The notes: generated from the sequence alone by a model not told the origin. Positions 35,680 to 49,636 are shown, numbered from the stretch's first letter. The stretch: DNA of 64,000 nucleotides from Azolla caroliniana (GCA_043228905.1 JBHGNT010000017.1:15066001-15130000); one strand, 5' to 3'. Numbers and translations: made by a program.

Positions 35680-36975
35680 AGGTTCTTCATTGGCTTCCGT
35701 TTTGCGGCCGAAGTTGGGAGTTGTTGTCGTAGGTCAGACCTCGTCTGCCTTGTCCTTGGCCGAATCAGCCTCTCGCTCGTCCGCGTCCTCTTCCTCCGTT
35801 CGAGTGCGTGTAGAGCATGTGGCCTTCCAACTCATTGCTCCTTCCACGCACGTGGTTTTCTTCGACCAATAGCATTGATTGGAGCTCGAAGGAGGGAGAT
35901 TTCTCCCTTGCTAGAACGGCGGTTCACATCGTGCCGAACCGTGGTGCGAGGCCGCCGAGGCATATTTGCACCATCTCATCATCATCTATACTTATGCTTA
36001 TCAAGCCGAGCGAGTCGCAAAGCTCCTTGATCTTCAAGGTGTATGTCGTGATGGACATGTCCCTTTGTTGAATGTTGTTCAACTCTTGGCGGAGTTGAAG
36101 CCTTCTTGCGGTTGTGTTTGCCGTGAAAATCTTTCGTAGATTTTCCCATTCCTCCTTTGGCGTCTTGGCTTCGTGAATGTAGTCGAGCATGTGATCGTGA
36201 ACACATGTCGCCAAGCAATACATCACGCGGCTTGCGGCTTGCTCCCATGTCGCGTATCCGGGAGCCGCTTCGGCGGGTCGTTCTTCGTGCTCTCCTTTGA
36301 TGTAGCTCCAATAGCCTTGTCCGACAAGGTATTGGTGCATCTTGTACTCCCAAGATGCGAAGTTGTTTCAATCCAACTTCTCGGTAGGGAGAGCGCTCCC
36401 CATTTGAGTATTCATTATGTCGATTCTTCTTCTTCTTCTTCTTCTTCTTCTCTCTTCGAATGCGAGCTATGTAGAGAAACTACGATAGTGATGAGCTGGT
36501 TCTTGGTCATCGGCGTAGAGCACAACACACGATCATGATGAGGCGAATGGGCTAGATCGAGCACCAAATCGCTCTGATACCATGTAAAGAATCGGGTATG
36601 ATTCTTGTGTAGCGGAATAGGTGTGAACTATGTGTGTGTATGAGAGAGAGAGAGTGTGTGAGAGAGAGATAAGGAGTAAGACAGAGAGTATACGCAAGTT
36701 AGATTGTATTAACAAAGGAGAAAGACTCAACTACCATACAAGGTGGGAGGAGGGTGCTTTATATAGTCACCCTCTCTCTTCATTAACTACAAGACTCATG
36801 GAGCATGGGGAATGTGAAAGCTCATAAGTTATGTGTCATAGAATATGATTCTATGACTCATACTAAATGCTAGAATACAAAGAGGTGACATAATGGTGAC
36901 TCTTGACCGTTGGAGTGTCTATTCACTCTCAAGGTGAGTTCACACACTAGACCAAGTTGAGCTTGATTCTCAAGA
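35680..36975 (-). mobile_element. 5' fragment of a Copia element (LTR, PBS, gag)
   Basis: PBS on the minus strand at 36571-36582, LTR at 36583-36975 similar to 62059-62449, and gag ORF 35924-36340 (MHQYLVGQGYWSYI…). Confidence 0.85.
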
Positions 36976-36979
36976 CTTG

Positions 36980-37242
36980 TATTGACAGGAACTACACGCT
37001 CCCGATGAACAACGCTCGGCCACAACCAAGCTTAGGATCAAACACAGAAAACAGGGAATGAATGCACGACACAATGGAGAGAGGAGTACACAGGAAAACC
37101 CAAACGCGGGAAAAACCACCGCAGTCCACTGACTGCTAACTATCACTATGTAACAATGTACAATAGATGAACACAGAGGCAACGACCTCTTGTTCACTGT
37201 CTTCGCCACAGGTGGCGGTTACAACAGAGATATGAACTCTTC

Positions 37243-37309
<67 letters not shown>

Positions 37310-37680
37310 CACTATTGCGCTCTAATCGTTTTACGCCAACGAGAATAACAACAACAACATACTAAGTTTTCCCTAAGTCATATTTATACTAATATGACTT
37401 TTCGGCTATTTACAAATATAGCCCCGATGGACTCTCAGAAACATATTTACGAATATGTCCCTTGGGCCTTCACCATCCGGCTCTTTCCAGGTACTTGTCA
37501 TCCGGTTCTCACCGGTTCTTCCGTAGTCGAGTACTCTTCATCCGGTTCTCACCAGGTCTTCACCATCCGGCTCTTGCCGGGTACTACTCATCCAGTTCTC
37601 ACCGGGTCTTCCGTTGCCGGGTACTCCACATCCGGTTTCGGCCTCGGCCTATCGGCCTCAGCCGAGTTTGCTCATCAATA
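36980..37680 (-). repeat. Solo-LTR-like copy related to the Copia C LTR family
   Basis: Decayed termini TATTGA…TCAATA, shared motifs with the Copia C LTR, a long (CT)n and an expanded catccgg…accgg repeat block at 37475-37640. No convincing TSD. Confidence 0.75.
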
Positions 37681-37681
37681 C

Positions 37682-38113
37682 TGTTCTTCTCACTTCCCTA
37701 AAGTAGACAACACGAACCTTCAGAAACAAGTTAAGGACCTTGAGACATCTAGGGAAGATGGTGAAATATCTTCCCTAGAGGATATTAAGGACGTGATAGA
37801 AAAGGTTAAGGGAGAGGTTAAAAGCGATATGGAATTAGCAAAATGTGGGTGGGTTGATGTAGCAAAACGTAATATTAAAAAGGAACTAAAAGATGAAAAT
37901 ATTGTAAACATTACCCTTGAGGAGGAAGAAATGCGTCAAGCTTGACACCTAAATGTGCGAGTTACTAGGCTCAAGGAAGGGGCATCTCCCGACGAAGATG
38001 CACAAACATTAGGGAAAATGTTGGGGTACGAAGCCCTACCAATCACTAAAAGTTGGAGGGTAGGACGTGACACCACTAGGAAAAGAGCTTTGGTCCTTCA
38101 GTTTAAGGACTTA
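37682..38113 (+). pseudogene. N-terminal/central part of a LINE ORF1, probably the displaced and inverted start of the 22936-23138 ORF1
   Basis: Coiled-coil-like segment followed by …RQA*HLNVRVTRLKE…WRVGRDTTRKRALVLQFKDL, which stops abruptly at 38113. Confidence 0.7.
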
Positions 38114-38689
38114 CCGTTATTTCGGCAATAAGCACTTCTTTTTCTTCCTTATCTTTTTGTTTTTTAGCTTCAATCTCTTTCGCCCATTTTTCTATTTTAA
38201 CTAAACGGTTAAGGACATCTAAAAATTCTTCCTTACTTATAATTTCTTCGTGTGTTCCTTATGGTTTCGTCTAGAATTCATGTTGTAATTCAAAAAATAA
38301 AAGAAAAAAAAGAAAAAAAAGACAGAAAACTTAGCCGAGCATCAGTGCCTTGCGCACTAAGTACGAGTATAGAAGCACATTTATACTCTTTCGTTTATCA
38401 GCCCACGACGTCGTTAGAAGCGTAGGTGACAGCGGCGGTCAACAACGACAACAACGGCAATGGCAACGACTACAAACCAAATGACGACGGCGACAAACGA
38501 CGACAACGACAATAGCGACGTCACACGGTGACGATGAAGACGACAGACGGCGACGGTGGCAATAGCAAAACCCTTATGGTGGATGGGATGTAGTACACAC
38601 AAAATCCTTATGGTGGAGAGAGAAAGAAAGAAAGAGAGAGAGAAGAGAGAGAGAAGAGAGAGAGAAGAGAGAGCTAGACAACAAAACCC

Positions 38690-41600
38690 TAATATTGGTG
38701 GAGGGGATGTAGTACACACAAATCCTTATGCAGCTCTTGAACAAGTAGTTAGTACATTCATGAATACACTTGCTCATAAAGAGCAAGTTCTTACCAAAGG
38801 TGCTAAATGAAAGTGGTATCATGGAATGTGAGAGGAGCATCTTCTCCTCATAAGAAATATATATTATGGAAAACTTTATTTGATAAAGATTGGAATGTTT
38901 TATGTGCAGTTGAACATAAGTGTCATGATTTAGTAGGATATGTGTTACATTTGCGTGGATATTCCACATATTATGCCGGACAGTTATCACATCATTACTC
39001 AAGGGTTGTCTTGATTATTCGTGATTCGTTTTGTCCACTTATAGTCTATAATGATCCATATGGACATTTTTTGGTGATGGAAGTCAAGTATGTTGAGGAT
39101 TTGATATGGTTGATAGGAATGTATGCACCCAATAATGCTAATCAACGCATTGAGTTATGGTCTTCAATGTATCCACGGTTATTAGTGGGACGTATTGGTT
39201 TGTTAATGGGTGATTTTAATATGTGTGTTGATGCTTCACAATCTACTTCACAATTCTCATTGATGGATTCTCCTGAGCAAGTAGTTTGGGACAAATTGGC
39301 ATCATAGGTTTTGAAGTTGGATGTATGGAAATGGTTGCATCAAGATGAGGTTGGGTTTACATTTCAGTCTATGCAATACAAGGAAACATGGAGTAGGTTA
39401 GATAGAATGTATGTTATGCATGATGAGTCCTTTTTGCCCGAGATGCTTAATATGTCAATTATGCAAGAGGTTGTGACATCGGATCATTTTCCCATATGTT
39501 TTGAGTTTAATAAACATGGGGTAGATATATACAAAACATTGCTTCAACGAGTTCCTTTGAGGTTTAATTCTTCTTTATTATTACATTCTTTATTTGATGC
39601 CTATATGCAACAAATTTTTGGCATGTTTTTAGAACAAGTTATTTCAAAAGGATGGCATGCATGGGATACAACACTACAAAACATCAATGATATTCATCGT
39701 ATGTATGGTATGACTAATGTTAAAAGAAGCAAGAAATTGATTGATAAGTTTTCATATATTCTTACGCGATGCAATGTACTATTGATGAATAATCCACATG
39801 ATGAAGAGCTTTTGGATGTTCAAGTTCAAGTACAGGACATTGTGAAGAATTTGTCTTGTCAAAGTTATCAACAGACAAGACTACGTCAATTAAAGGAGGG
39901 ATTTATAGATAATCAATCACAATCTCATATGTTTTTTCAAGGATTAAGACCACCATATGCTCGTTCAAATGTGGTACAAATTAAGATAGGGGATGACATT
40001 GTTGTAGACCCAGTCAAGGTTATTGAGTAATGTATTACTCATTTTAAGAATTTGATTAGACCAAAGTTGATTATTAATGAGGATGTTTTGAAAGCATGAC
40101 AAGAGTTTTATAATGTAATTGGGAGTGCCGTGAATACAAATATTTGTCAAGAATTGGATGCTGATTTTGAAGAAGGTGAGGTGGAAAAGGTATTGTTACA
40201 CCTTCCAAATGGTAAAAGCCCTGGCTGGGATGGTGTTACAAATGAAGTTTTTAAGAAGTATGCTAGCATGCTTAAGAGTCCATTCACACAAATGTTTCAA
40301 CAATGTTGGGTTTTTGGTTTCATGCCTAAGACCTGGAAGGTGGGCTTAATCAAATTGATACCAAAGGTACCATCTCCGGAGTCATTTCATCAATGGAGGC
40401 CTATTTCATTGATGGGAGGGTTGTACAAAGTGTTTGCAAAGATATTATCCAACAGACTTAAAAAGTTCTTACATCAACTTATTCATCCATCTCAATATGG
40501 TTTTATTACAGGTAGAAATATATTGCATATTGTTTTGAATGTTCAAATGGCGATTATGCTCGACATACACATCAAGAAATGGTTATGGTGCAATTAGATT
40601 TGGAAAAAGCATATGATCATGTTAATTGTTCTTTCCTCTCAGGTGTGATGTATAATATGGGGTTTGGTCCTCGTATGTGTCGACTTATCTTTTTGCTAGG
40701 GCAAAATGCAACCTCCCGTGTGATGCTTAATGGCGGAGTCACTCCGAAAGTGTTTCTTACTAGATCCGTGTGGCAAGGATATCTACTAAGCCCATTGTTA
40801 TTTGCTATTGTTACACATCCTTTGTTAGTAATGTTGTCAAATCTTGCGACCAGTGATGATATTGTGGGTTTGCATCTTCCTTCTGGTGGACAATTGGTGG
40901 CACAAGCATTGGCAGATGATTCTTTTATGTTTTTACAAGCCTCAAAAGAAAATCTTAAAAGGAGTATGCAAGTTTGGGATCAATTTGCTTTGGCTTCAGG
41001 GTTGTATATAAATTGGAGGAAGTCTCGCCTTATTTCTTGTACGGAGAGTGATTTGGAATGTTTGGGATGGCGAGCGTTAGTGATTACACGAGGTTCAATT
41101 TATCAACATTTGGGTTATCCATTGGGCATTGATGTTACAAATGTTCAATTGATTGATTGGATTGGTAGTAAATTGAGGGACAAATTTATGTATTGGAAGT
41201 CTCAATTATGGCCCTTTCATGTACAACTCAAAGTGATGCAATGTATCTTGATACCCATGTTATTATATTTTTTGCCTTTACTTCCTTAGACTAAGAAGGC
41301 ATTACAAAGCATGTTACAACCTATTTGGTTCATGTTGTGGCGGAAGGGAGAAATGATGGGAGTTACATGGATTTCATGGGACCATTTGGCTACTCCTAAA
41401 AGGTTAGGTGGTGCAGCAATATTAGATTTGTAAAGGCATTTGATGGCTCATATATTTACATTATTACGAGATATATGTCAACAAGATCAACCATGGATAT
41501 CTATGATGCAATATTTTATTGAGCATGAAGGATTGGTGCATGAGAAAACAAGGATTCAAGCATCATAGTGGTCACTACTGAATGGAAGTATTCCTCTAAA

Positions 41601-44600
41601 GATTCAATATTTTGTATGTGGACAACATTTGATAAGATCGTGGTAAGATGCATTATCTCTTTTTGAATGGGGACCATCAAGTGATCGAGAATATTGTAAT
41701 TCATTACAAAACAAATTGCTTGTTTCTTCTCGAGTGTTGTTTTGGCATGGGTGTTGAGCGGCAAGCTCAACCGGAGCCGGATCGGCTGAATAAGCCGGAG
41801 CCGGTAAGCGAGACGGATCGAGCGAAACAGATCGGTATGACGGTGAGTAACCGAACCGGCAAGCAGTGGAGGCCGGGTGCAATCTGTAACTGGAAGTCCA
41901 ATCGGAAGCCTAGTATAGGATAGACTACTAGGTAGCTATAGTCTCGTAGTAAGTGTCAGATGCTCGTGTGAGCGTTGAAGTACATGGTACTTCTGTCAGT
42001 CCCAAGAGGACTTGTATAAATAGTGCTACTTAGCACAGTGTGTAGACAGAGTCTTGAAATAATTTTGAAATTGTGTTCTGCTCTCTCTCTCTCTCTCTCT
42101 CTGTGTTGTTCTCTGTTTTACGCTTCCGCAAACACTCACGTTTACATGGTATCAGAGCGCGAGGGTTGAGAACCTCTGCTGCAGACATTTACTCTTGAGA
42201 AGAAAACCCTAATAGGTCGAAAACAGACACAGTAGAAGACATGGATAGAGGCATGGCTACGTCGCTCCTGGTCTTACAAGATGCACCAGTACATGATTGG
42301 ACATGGGTACTGGAGTTATGTCGAAGGAGCGAATGATGCGGCGCCTGACTCGGCACACAAGGACTTCCCGGTATGGGAACAGGCGGCAAGCAGGGTGATG
42401 TACTGCTTCGCGTCCAATGTCGGCGATCAGCTGCTCAGCCACATCCGTGACGCCAAGACACCGAAGGATGCTTGGGGGAACTTGAAAAAGGTTTTCGCTG
42501 CAAGCACCACTGCCCGGAAGCTGCAACTCAGACAGGATTTGAGTAATGTTCGACAGAAGAACATGTCTGTGGCAGACTACACGGACCGGATAAAGGAGAT
42601 CCGTGACTTGCTCGCCTCTATCAATGTTACCGTAGAGGAAGACGAGATGGTGCAGGTATGTCTCGGAGGCCTGGCGTCCAAGTTCGGAGCATTCCGGACT
42701 GTGGTGTGTACAAGGGAGAATACCCCCTCATTCTTTGACTTACAGTCAATGCTCCTTGTAGAGGAGAACCACGCCGGTGCATCTACCAGTGCATCCCCGG
42801 ACAGCCGAATGCTGTACACGGGAACGGATCGGTTCCGTGGGTGTGGTGGAAGAGGTGGGTCGGCACGCAATGGAGGCGGCTGGCAAGAGCAAGAACGGAG
42901 GCACTATGAGCGTGCCGACAGCAGTTCTGGGACTTCCACAAGCAGGGGGAGTCAAGTCGGTGCCGGAGGCCGGCAAGACAAATCCGCTACGGAATGTTGG
43001 TACTGTGGCAAAAAAGGCCACAGGGAAAGCGAGTGCTAGAGAAAGTGTGCCGATTCGGACAAATCCGGATCCGGCAAGACCGGTAAGGATGGCCGGCAAA
43101 ACTCGCACTACGCAAACAGATCAGGAGGATCCGGAACCGGAAAGGCCGGTAAGGGGCTAGCCTTGGTGATGAATCACAAGGCAAACTCAATGAAGAAGAC
43201 CACTTCCAAAACGGAGGAAGTGTGGTATGTTGATTCCGGCGCGTCGAACCACATGACGAGCCACAAAGAGTGGTTCTCCTTTCTGGAGAAACCGGATCGA
43301 CCAGGAGTAGTCGAAACCGGAGACGACACTCCTCACCCAATCGTGCACGTCGGAGAAGTCCCTCTAAGCCACGTCGGACAGAAAGGGAAGCCGATGAACG
43401 TATTACACGTTCCGACAATCACGAAGAACCTGGTGTCCGTCGGTGAGATTGTCGACCAGGGGATGTAGGTGCGGTTTACGCACCTCGGGTGCTTCATTGA
43501 GGAGGAGGGCGAAGTCATTGCGCAAGGGCGTAGAGACGGGAGGATGTTTATCCTCAACACCAATGACTTTGGCACCGCTCTGTTCGCGAAACGACAAAAG
43601 GTCAAGTCGGACATCGACCTGTGGCACAAGCAGATAGGCCACGTCAACTACCGGAGGCTTCAAGACCTGCAAACGAAACAAGTTGTTTTTGGTTTGCCAA
43701 AGTTCAGCGGCCGGAGAGCCGAAATTTGTGAAGCCTGCCAACTTGGGAAGCAACACCGGCTTCCATTCCCCACCGAACGGAACCGGAGCCGTAACAAGCT
43801 CGATCTCATCCATTCGGATGTGTGGGGACCGGCACAAAGTGTAAGCCTTGGCGGGAGCCGATACTTCGTCTCCTTCATCGACGACTATACTCGACATACT
43901 TGGATCTACCTCATTGAGCGGAAGAGCGAAGTCTTCGACTGTTTCCGGAGCCTCCAGAAGATGGTGGAACGGGAATCGGAGAGGAAGATCAAATGCCTTC
44001 AGTCGGATGGCAGAAAGGAATATTTTTCCGGCCAATTCATTAGTTATCTGCAGCAAAAGGGAATTCGGCGAGAGTTCAGCTGCAGATACACACCGGAGCA
44101 AAACGGTGTGGCCGAAAGGAAGAACCGGACACTCGTCGAAGCGGCAAGGGCAATGCTGGAGGAGAAGAGCATGCCTCGGTTCTACTGGGCGGAGGTGGTC
44201 CGGACGGCCGTCTACATACAAAACCGCATTGGTGACAAGGTGTCAGCTCATGAGCTGTATTTCGGGCGCAAGCCGAACTTAAGACACCTTCGGATATTCG
44301 GCAGCATAGCGTATGTGCATGTGCCGGATCAGAAGCGGAGAAAGCTAGATGCAAAATCGGAAAAATGCATCCTAGTCGGCTATGCTCAAGAGCAAAAGGG
44401 GTATAAGTGCTATAACCCCCGGACGAAGGAAGTCCGAGTTAGCCGGGATGTCGAGTTCGATGAATCGGCATCTTGGTACTCCGTACCGACTCCAACTTCC
44501 GATCCCAACCCAATGTCGGAAGATCAGGCTAGTGAGCCTGAATCAGCCCTGGCAGAGGATGATGAAGTCGGGACTCAAGATGAGAGTCCGGAATTGTTAC

Positions 44601-47600
44601 GGTTGAGTGGACCGAATGAGCGACTGAGTCGGTTGGACTAGTCGGATGAAGAGACGGCAAGTGGTGGAGACTCTGTCGTGCTCTCCCCGCGCAAGGAACC
44701 AAGGAAACGGTTCATGCGCAAAGAGAAGGGGAAGAGGAAGATGCCGGAATTCGAAACCGGCAACAATGAGTCGGATCGGTGCGTATCCGACTCCGGAAAG
44801 GAGAAAGGCGGATGTTCGGCAACGAAGACCGAACTGGCCAAGAAGGGCCTCAAATCAGGTGACGGTGTGTTGCGCCGATCAACCCGCCAGAAGGATCCCG
44901 TCATGCGGTACGGGTACAATGAATACATGGCGCATCATTATGCGTACATGACTAAGGTGATAGAAGTGCGTGAGCCGGAGAGCTACGCAGAAGCGGCAAA
45001 GGACGCAAATTGGCGTGCCGCTATGGACGAAGAAATGCGGGCACTCGATGCCAACGAAACTTGGGACCTAGTTGATCCTCCCCGTCACTGTAAAACGATC
45101 GGATGCAAGTGGGTGTACAAGGTCAAGTACAACACCGACGGTTCTGTTAACCGGTACAAAGCCCGGTTAGTGGCGAAGGGATACGCGCAGACCCACGGAA
45201 TCGACTACGACGAGACCTTCGCTCCTGTGGCGAAGATGACGACGGTTCATGTGGTACTGGCAGTTGTTGCGGCAAGGGGGTGGCATCCTCACCAGATGGA
45301 TGTGAAGAACGCCTTCCTTCAAGGAGAGCTTGAAGAAGAAGTCTTTATGACTCAACCCCCCGGATTTCAATCGGAGATGAACAAGTCGGCAGTATGCCGA
45401 CTGAAGAAGTTGCTTTACGGCTTGAAGCAAGCCCCCCGAGCTTGGAACGCGAAGATCACGCACCGGTTGCGTAAGCTGGGGTTTGTTGTCTCTAAGTCAG
45501 ACTCTTCGTTGTTCATCCGGCAAGGCTCTGACGGTCCGGTATGTATACTCTTGTATGTGGATGATTTAGTCATCACCGGACCAGGTCTTCCCAAAATCAA
45601 CCGCGTCAAGTCCCAGTTGTCGGACGCGTTTGAAATGAAGGACCTAAGGGACCTTCATTATTTTCTTGGGATCGAAGTTATCCGGACCCCCGACGGCATA
45701 TTGCTCTCACAACGACATTACGTGTTGAATATGTTGTATAAGTTCGGCATGACGGATTGTCGACCTGTCTCCACACCCCTGGACCGGAACCAGAAGCTCC
45801 GTCCCACCTCCGGACCGGCCTACAATGAGAAACGATTCCGACAGGTTGTCGGAAGCCTGATCTACTTAACCATCACCCGACCCGACATCAGCTATCTGGT
45901 CGGCATGTAAGTCTGTTCATGCAGAAGCCGACCGTGGAGCACCTTTAGTGCGCGTAGCGAATATTACGGTATGTCAGCGGCACTAAGGACCGGGGACTGC
46001 TATACCGGCGAGGTGTACCCGAAGAGCTTGTCGGTTACACAGATGCTGACTGGGCCGGCGATGCGTCTGATTGCCACTCCACTTCCGGATACATGTTCTC
46101 CATAGGTAGCGTGATCGTTGCGTGGAGCAGCTGGAACGAGTCGGAGACAGCTGACTCAGATCAACAAATGGATCCGGATGAGTCAGATCGACTGAAGGCC
46201 AAGGGGACACGGACACAGCGGAAGTCGATGCCATCGTGGGAGAACCGACGGATCGGCAAGCGCCGGAGTCACAGCAACATGAGTGCTGAGATGGGCCTAT
46301 TGAGCAGACATGCCGACCAAGAGGGTCGAGGCGCGCAGAACCAAAGAGGTCGCGGCAAACGGGACCGGACCGGACGAGGAGCGTGAGCAAGGCGGAGTGA
46401 CGCCAGGAGAAGTCGGTTGGAAGAACCGACTGCCACAGAGGTCGACACTATGACCCCACCTCAGGTTGAGCTTGAGGGGGAGTGTTGAGCGGCAAGCTCA
46501 ACCGGAGCCGGATCGACTGAATAAGCCGGAGCCGGTAAGCGAGACGGATCGGGCGAAACGGATCGGTATGACGGTGAGCAACCGAACCGGCAAGCAGTGG
46601 AGGCCGGGTGCAATCCGTAACCGGAAGTCCAATCGGAAGCCTAGTATAGGATAGACTACTAGGTAGCTATAGTCTCGTAGTAAGTGTCAGATGCTCGTGT
46701 GAGCGTTGAAGTACATGGTACTTCTATCAGTCCCAAGAGGACTTGTATAAATAGTGCTACTTAGCACAATGTGTAGACATAGTCTTGAAATAATTTTGAA
46801 ATTGTGTTCTGCTGTGTGTGTGTGTGTGTGTGTGTGTTGTTCTCTATTTTACGCTTCCGCAAACACTCACGTTTACAATGGGAAAGAGAAGTTGAGATCT
46901 CAATTCAATCGTTTATTTCGATTGGGGATTGTACATTTGGAAGATGTGGTTGATAATGAATCTCAAAGGTTGTCGAATTTTGAAGATGCCAATAGATGGT
47001 TATTTATTCCCCCAAATTATGGATTTATTTGGGAGAAATTACATGATATACCATTGTTGTAAGGATCTTTGCCATTGAAAACCAATTTTGCACCTTGGGT
47101 AGATTGGCGATTACAAGATGGTACACGCTTGTTACAGGTCACTACAAATATATTGTATCATCATGTGATGGCATCATTATCTTGGATATCTCCTAAAGCA
47201 ACGAAGGTGTGGAATGTATATAAGTCAGATGAAAAGTGGTGGAAAATATTACAACGTGGTTGGCATTCCCATCTACCATTTCGTGCAAAGGTATTCATAT
47301 GGAGAGTCATGATTGGTGGGCTCCCATTAGGTTCGGCCTTAAAGAGACGAGGACTAGGGTCTAGCACTTGTTTCTTTTGCACCGTACCGTTCCAGTGGAG
47401 GATAGTACACATAGGTTCATTAAATGTCCTATAGCGTGTACCATTTGGAAGTACTTATCGGACATTTGGCAAGTTTTAACCCGTTGTTATTTGAGACCTC
47501 AACAATGGGTTTTTTCTCAATATGTTCAAAATGGATCAAATGATGAGATGGAGATATTGTTCTAATTTTTACGTTATTGGGGTCTACAACACAATTGGAA

Positions 47601-47867
47601 TATGTGTAATGCTTTCATGTTTGATAATAGTCATGGGGTGAAAGCCTATATAAAGAAGCGTAAAGGTATTCTTATGTGGAATTTTTGGATGTTAGAGCAT
47701 GTGGGGATCATTTCCTCAAATGCATATTCAGGTTTTTTAGTAGCATTAAAGAACGTCCCTCTCCCTATATAGGCATATGATAGGTAGAGGAGATTAAGAA
47801 GTGTTGTAACTACGTGGATTTTACATACAATTAATATAATTGTGTGCTTTTACCAAAAAAAAAAAAA
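38690..47867 (+). mobile_element. L1-type LINE (5'-truncated, ORF2 pseudogene) interrupted by Copia F
   Basis: APE (MKVVSWNVRG, MYAPN, MGDFN, SRLDR, SDHFP), RT (KSPGWDG, WRPISL, LDLEKAYD, LADDS), zf-RVT at about 47280-47450, and poly(A) at 47855-47867. Confidence 0.92.
41752..46877 (+). mobile_element. Ty1/Copia element F, defective (nonsense codons, most of RNase H deleted)
   Basis: 395-bp LTRs at 41752-42146 and 46483-46877. TSD ATGGG at 41747-41751 and 46878-46882. PBS at 42147-42158 abuts the LTR. PPT at 46474-46482. Gag/PR/INT/RT fragments span 42281-45910, and RNase H ends at VAWSS near 46131. Confidence 0.96.
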
Positions 47868-47974
47868 GGTTGTGGAAGGAGAGAGAGGGAGAGAGAGAGT
47901 GTGTAAGATAGAGAGAAAAGGTTGTGGAAGGAGAGAGAGCGAGGGACTTTGACAATAAAAAAGGGGATATTTTA

Positions 47975-48460
47975 CTTCACATTAAAAAGGAGACTAATAA
48001 TATTTTTATAATAGATGTAAAACTTAAAAGTATGTATTTGTTTTATTTTTAATAAAAAAATTTAAAAATAAATAAAAGGCTCATTAATTCTCCACTTTTT
48101 ACTCTTCCATAAAATTTGATATTTTTATCTGTCATTAAAAAGGGGACCTGACACTAAGAATATTTTTATAATAAATATAAAACTTAAAAGTATTTATTTT
48201 AATTTTTAATAAAACAATACAATAATAAATAAATAAAAGGTTCATTGATTCCCCACTTTTTACTCTCCCACAAATTTTGATATTTTTACCTACATTTAAA
48301 AAAGGACCTCACACTAATAATATTTTTATAATAGATGTAAAACTTAAAAGATATTTGGTTTATATTTAATAGAAAATAAATAAAAGGTTCATTAATTCCC
48401 CACTTTTTACTCTCCCACAAAATTTGACATTTTTACCTGACATTAAAAAGGGATAGATGT
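47975..48460. repeat. AT-rich tandem repeat, ~155-bp unit, about 3 copies
   Basis: Recurring cattaaaaagg…taataatatttttataatagatgtaaaacttaaaag…aaataaaaggttcattaattccccactttttactctcccacaaaatttga. Confidence 0.8.
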
Positions 48461-49636
48461 AAAAATATTTGTTTTTTTTTGTCTAACAATAAATAAATAA
48501 ACGAATGATTTTATAATATTCTTGGGGCCATATAATATTCTCCAATATTGCGAATATCATGCATGAAGAATATCACAAATATCACACATGGGTCAATCTA
48601 TGGTTGGCAGGAATCAAATACCTAGGACCAAATTAGAGGTTTCCAAGATGTGTGTCTAACTAAGGTGGGCCTGTGGTGCAAGCCAAAGAAGCCAAATTCA
48701 AGGGTATATAAATATGGAGCAAAAATCTGGGGTAAAGTGTTGTCACCACAAATGTTTGATTCTCGTTCGCGATTCTGGGCTACCTCATATGCCTTGAGTC
48801 TGAAAAAATTGAGAGAGACAGCAAACTTTGATTCTCATTCGCGATTCTGGACATGGCCTTAAAACAGCCCTTACCAGTGGCTGACTTTCTTCCAATTGAC
48901 AGGCATAAAAATGCCATGAGGAATGCGAATCAGTGAAAGCGCATAATAATTTACTTGGAACTTCAAGGAATCAGTTTAAGCATATGGCATCTTTACTTCA
49001 AAAAAGAGGGCATGGAGGTAGCCCCCCAAACCATCAATGCGTAATGGTGTTGACTGAATATTGATGATAAAGCTAATAGGTAGCGAAAATGCATTTGATG
49101 AGGAGCTTGAACCAGTGAAAGCACATAAATAACTTGCTTGAACTTCGACGAATCACTGGAAGCATTGCCTTTCTACCTGCTTCAAAAAAGATGGCAATGG
49201 AGATTTCTTAAGGTTTAACTTGCAACTTTCATGACACAACATGTTGCAGCTTCCTCTACAGTAGGAATGCAGACCACTCTTTTACTTTGCATTATAATCA
49301 CTAATTGTATTGCTTGTAGTACAAATACTGATCTCTATAACACTTTTGATAGTAGTATATATTCAAAAAAATTGAACTAAACACTTGTCAAGTTACCAAA
49401 TCTACGCTTTGTTACAGATGCTCTGAGCCTGTATATAATTTCTTATTACACAGATTATATCCAGACTCCATGGTGAACACTGGAATGAAGTGAATAATCA
49501 AATGTACAAACAGATTGGTTCCATTATATATAGGAGAGAATTTATTCCATTATATGTAGGAGAAGATTTATTCCCCATAGAGATGACTTCAAGAACAAAT
49601 TGCACAACGAACTTCACATCTCCTTTAAGCATCATA

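Noticed and set aside
38414-38810. ORFs over (GAC)n and (GA)n tracts
   Set aside because: They are translations of low-complexity repeats.
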